In this document: in pieces, positions 30,126-32,000 of the stretch
Layout: each line of letters opens with the position of its first letter
How positions within the stretch are numbered: position 1 is the stretch's first letter
Assembly: GCF_000007145.1 (NCBI RefSeq)
Contig: NC_003902.1
Location: 2,246,497-2,278,496, forward strand
DNA: 32,000 bases
Source: Xanthomonas campestris pv. campestris str. ATCC 33913
GTDB taxonomy: Bacteria; Pseudomonadota; Gammaproteobacteria; Xanthomonadales; Xanthomonadaceae
Direction: 5' to 3'
Made by a program: the position numbers and the translations under genes
The notes under the pieces: generated by a model
Database searches by the model: none
Seen by the model: the letters and a program-made list of their open reading frames with translations, nothing else
Told to the model about the DNA's origin: nothing

Positions 30126-31999
30126 CAGCGTACGGCGCCCAGGATCGCTTGGAAGATGGTGTCGGCGGTGGAGATCATCTGTGCGGCGGCCTGGTAGGCC
30201 TGCTGCAGTTTCAGCATGTCGGCGGCTTCCTCGTCGAGGTTGACGCCGGAAATGGAATCGCGGCTGGCCTGCGCCTGGTCGTTGATGACCTCCTGCGCGT
30301 CGGCCGCGTAGTTGGCTGCGCGTGCGGCCGAGCCCACCGAGGTGGTCAGGCCGGACAGCGCGCCATTGAGCGTGACCGTGCCGCCGTTGAGCGCCTTGGC
30401 GTCTTCCACCTTGGCCAGCAGTTTGGCGTTGCCGTTGTCGCTGGAGCCGGCGCCCATCGGGCCGACGCCGAAGGTGTCGCCGGCCTTGGGCGCGCCATCC
30501 AGCGCGAAGCTCCAGCCGTTGGCGCTGATTGTCTGGCCGGGCGTGTAGGCGAACGGGCCGGTGCCATCGATGGTGTACTGGTTGGCGTCGATGAACTCCA
30601 CCGACGACGGTGTCAGCAGCGCAGGGTTCTGTGCATTGGTGACCTTGACGTCGCTGATCTTGCCGGTGCCCAGGTTGGCGATGGTCGCAGTGGCTTTCAC
30701 CGGTGTGGCCGCGGCAATGCGCGAGGGGTCGGTGATCGCCACCGAGAGGCTGCCCGCGAGGCCGGCGGTGGGTTGCAGCAGGAATTTGTCGCCGTTGGCC
30801 GGCGCACCACCGACCACCATGCTCACGCCGTTGACCACCAGCGGATCGGCAGCGGTGCCGGTGCCGGTCAGCGGCACGGTGGAGCCGGTATCGGTACGCG
30901 TGGCCTTCCAGCTGCCGGCATCGAAGCTCAGGGTGACGTTCTGCCCGTCCACCGCGCCCAGATTGCTGAAGCTGGCGGTGAGGGCTGCGGTGCCGGTGTT
31001 CTTCGGGTTGGCGGCGGTGGTGGGCGAGCCGATGTTGAAGAAATTGCCGCCCAGCGCGCCGTACAGGTCCATGCCCTGGCTGTGCGCGGTGTTGAAGCTG
31101 CTGGCCATGCCCACGGCCAGCCGGCCAAGTTCCGCCTGGGTGGGCTCGAGCACGTTGCTGCGAAATTCCAGCAGGCCGCCGATCTGCCCGCCCAGCGAGC
31201 TGGGGCTGAGGCTGACGTTCTGCCCCTGGGTCTGCATCGCCACCTGCAGCTTGGTCGGCTGATACGGGTCGGCCACCGTGGTCAGCTTGGCCGCGGTGGT
31301 CCCCACCACCAACGCCTGTCCGCCAGCGGTGAAAACATTCATGAAACCGCCGTCCTGGATCACCGCGGTACCGCCGGTGTAGCCAACCAGCTTGGACACC
31401 AGCGCATCGCGCTGGTCCAGCAGGTCGGCCGAGGCGTTGTCGATGCTGTTGCCGATGGTGCCGTTGATCTTGGCGATCTGCTGCGTCAGCCGATTGACTT
31501 CATCCACCGACGAAGTCAGGCCGCTGTTGACTTCATTGCTCAGGCTGTCCATCTGCCCGTTGAGCTGCTTGAAGCGCGTGGCCAGGCTGTTGCCGCTGTC
31601 GAGCATGCTCTGCCGCTCGGCGGTGGAGGAGGCGTTGGACGACAGTGCGCTGGCCGAGTCGAAGAAGTTGGACCACAGCCCGGCCACGTTGGTAGCCGTA
31701 TTGGAGTACAGGCTGTCCACGCGGTTGGACAACGACGACAGCTGCTGCAGGCGCGAAAGTTCGCCGCCACTGTCCAGCAGCCGCGAGATGGCCAGCTGGT
31801 CGGCCACGCGGCCCACATCGCTGATCTTGGCGCCATTGCCCACGAACGCGTAGCCCATGTCGGTGGGCGTGCGCGTTGCAAATTCCACACGTTGGCGGCT
31901 GTAGCCTTCCGTATTGATGTTGGCGACGTTATGGCTAACGGTCGACAACGCCCGTTGGAAGGCGATCAGCGCGCTGGTCCCGGTGGACATGATGGACAT
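30125..31999 (-). CDS. flgK: Flagellar hook-filament junction protein FlgK / HAP1 (624 aa)
   Basis: ORF 30125..31999(-) begins MSIMSTGTSALIAFQRALSTVSHNVANINTEGYSRQRVEF... and ends ...ISGVNLDEEAADMLKLQQAYQAAAQMISTADTIFQAILGAVR. Its stop overlaps the flgL ATG by 1 nt (TGATG). Confidence 0.95.
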   Translation of the reverse strand: MSIMSTGTSALIAFQRALSTVSHNVANINTEGYSRQRVEFATRTPTDMGYAFVGNGAKISDVGRVADQLAISRLLDSGGELSRLQQLSSLSNRVDSLYSNTATNVAGLWSNFFDSASALSSNASSTAERQSMLDSGNSLATRFKQLNGQMDSLSNEVNSGLTSSVDEVNRLTQQIAKINGTIGNSIDNASADLLDQRDALVSKLVGYTGGTAVIQDGGFMNVFTAGGQALVVGTTAAKLTTVADPYQPTKLQVAMQTQGQNVSLSPSSLGGQIGGLLEFRSNVLEPTQAELGRLAVGMASSFNTAHSQGMDLYGALGGNFFNIGSPTTAANPKNTGTAALTASFSNLGAVDGQNVTLSFDAGSWKATRTDTGSTVPLTGTGTAADPLVVNGVSMVVGGAPANGDKFLLQPTAGLAGSLSVAITDPSRIAAATPVKATATIANLGTGKISDVKVTNAQNPALLTPSSVEFIDANQYTIDGTGPFAYTPGQTISANGWSFALDGAPKAGDTFGVGPMGAGSSDNGNAKLLAKVEDAKALNGGTVTLNGALSGLTTSVGSAARAANYAADAQEVINDQAQASRDSISGVNLDEEAADMLKLQQAYQAAAQMISTADTIFQAILGAVR

Positions 32000-32000
32000 G

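Noticed and set aside
1-32000. tRNA, rRNA, tmRNA or riboswitch-like elements anywhere in the window.
   Set aside because: I saw no cloverleaf-compatible segments or conserved rRNA strings. Intergenic space outside the fliP-fliQ spacer is short and is accounted for by promoters and terminators. A covariance-model scan would be needed to exclude small RNAs formally.

Overview
This window is a high-GC flagellar regulon segment that looks Xanthomonas-like (Xanthomonadaceae). That attribution is an inference from the rpoN2-vemR-fleQ arrangement and the style of the intergenic repeats.

All 31 genes I can support lie on the minus strand, so transcription runs right to left:
- flgK-flgL
- fliC
- fliD-fliS-(fliT-like)-(PilZ-like)-(LuxR-type response regulator)
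- rpoN2-vemR-fleQ
- a 5-gene sugar-tailoring and glycosyltransferase operon: DegT-type aminotransferase, ATP-grasp ligase, two SAM-methyltransferase-type proteins, and a ~1200-aa four-module glycosyltransferase
- fliEFGHIJK
- fliLMNOP
- a 1.08-kb non-coding spacer packed with repeats
- fliQ-fliR (fliR is cut by the window edge)

Regulatory signals read by eye:
- Five sigma-54 promoters of the form GGCA(C/T)-N5-TTGCA, before fliQ, fliL, fliE, the glycosylation operon and fliD.
- Sigma-28-type promoters before fliC and fliS, plus a weaker one before fliD.
- Two clear rho-independent terminators, after fliC and after fliK.

Most interesting observations:
1. The accessory flagellin-glycosylation-type operon sits between fleQ and fliE and has its own sigma-54 promoter.
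2. fliP and fliQ are split by a ~640-bp composite palindrome, and a perfect sigma-54 promoter abuts the fliQ ATG, which predicts a leaderless transcript.
3. The flg22 region of FliC carries Val at position 43 (SASVDAAG).
4. A PilZ-like protein and a LuxR-type regulator are translationally chained behind fliS.

I saw no tRNA, rRNA, CRISPR, transposase or phage genes. All function calls rest on my own motif recognition in the translated ORFs. No database search or computation was run.
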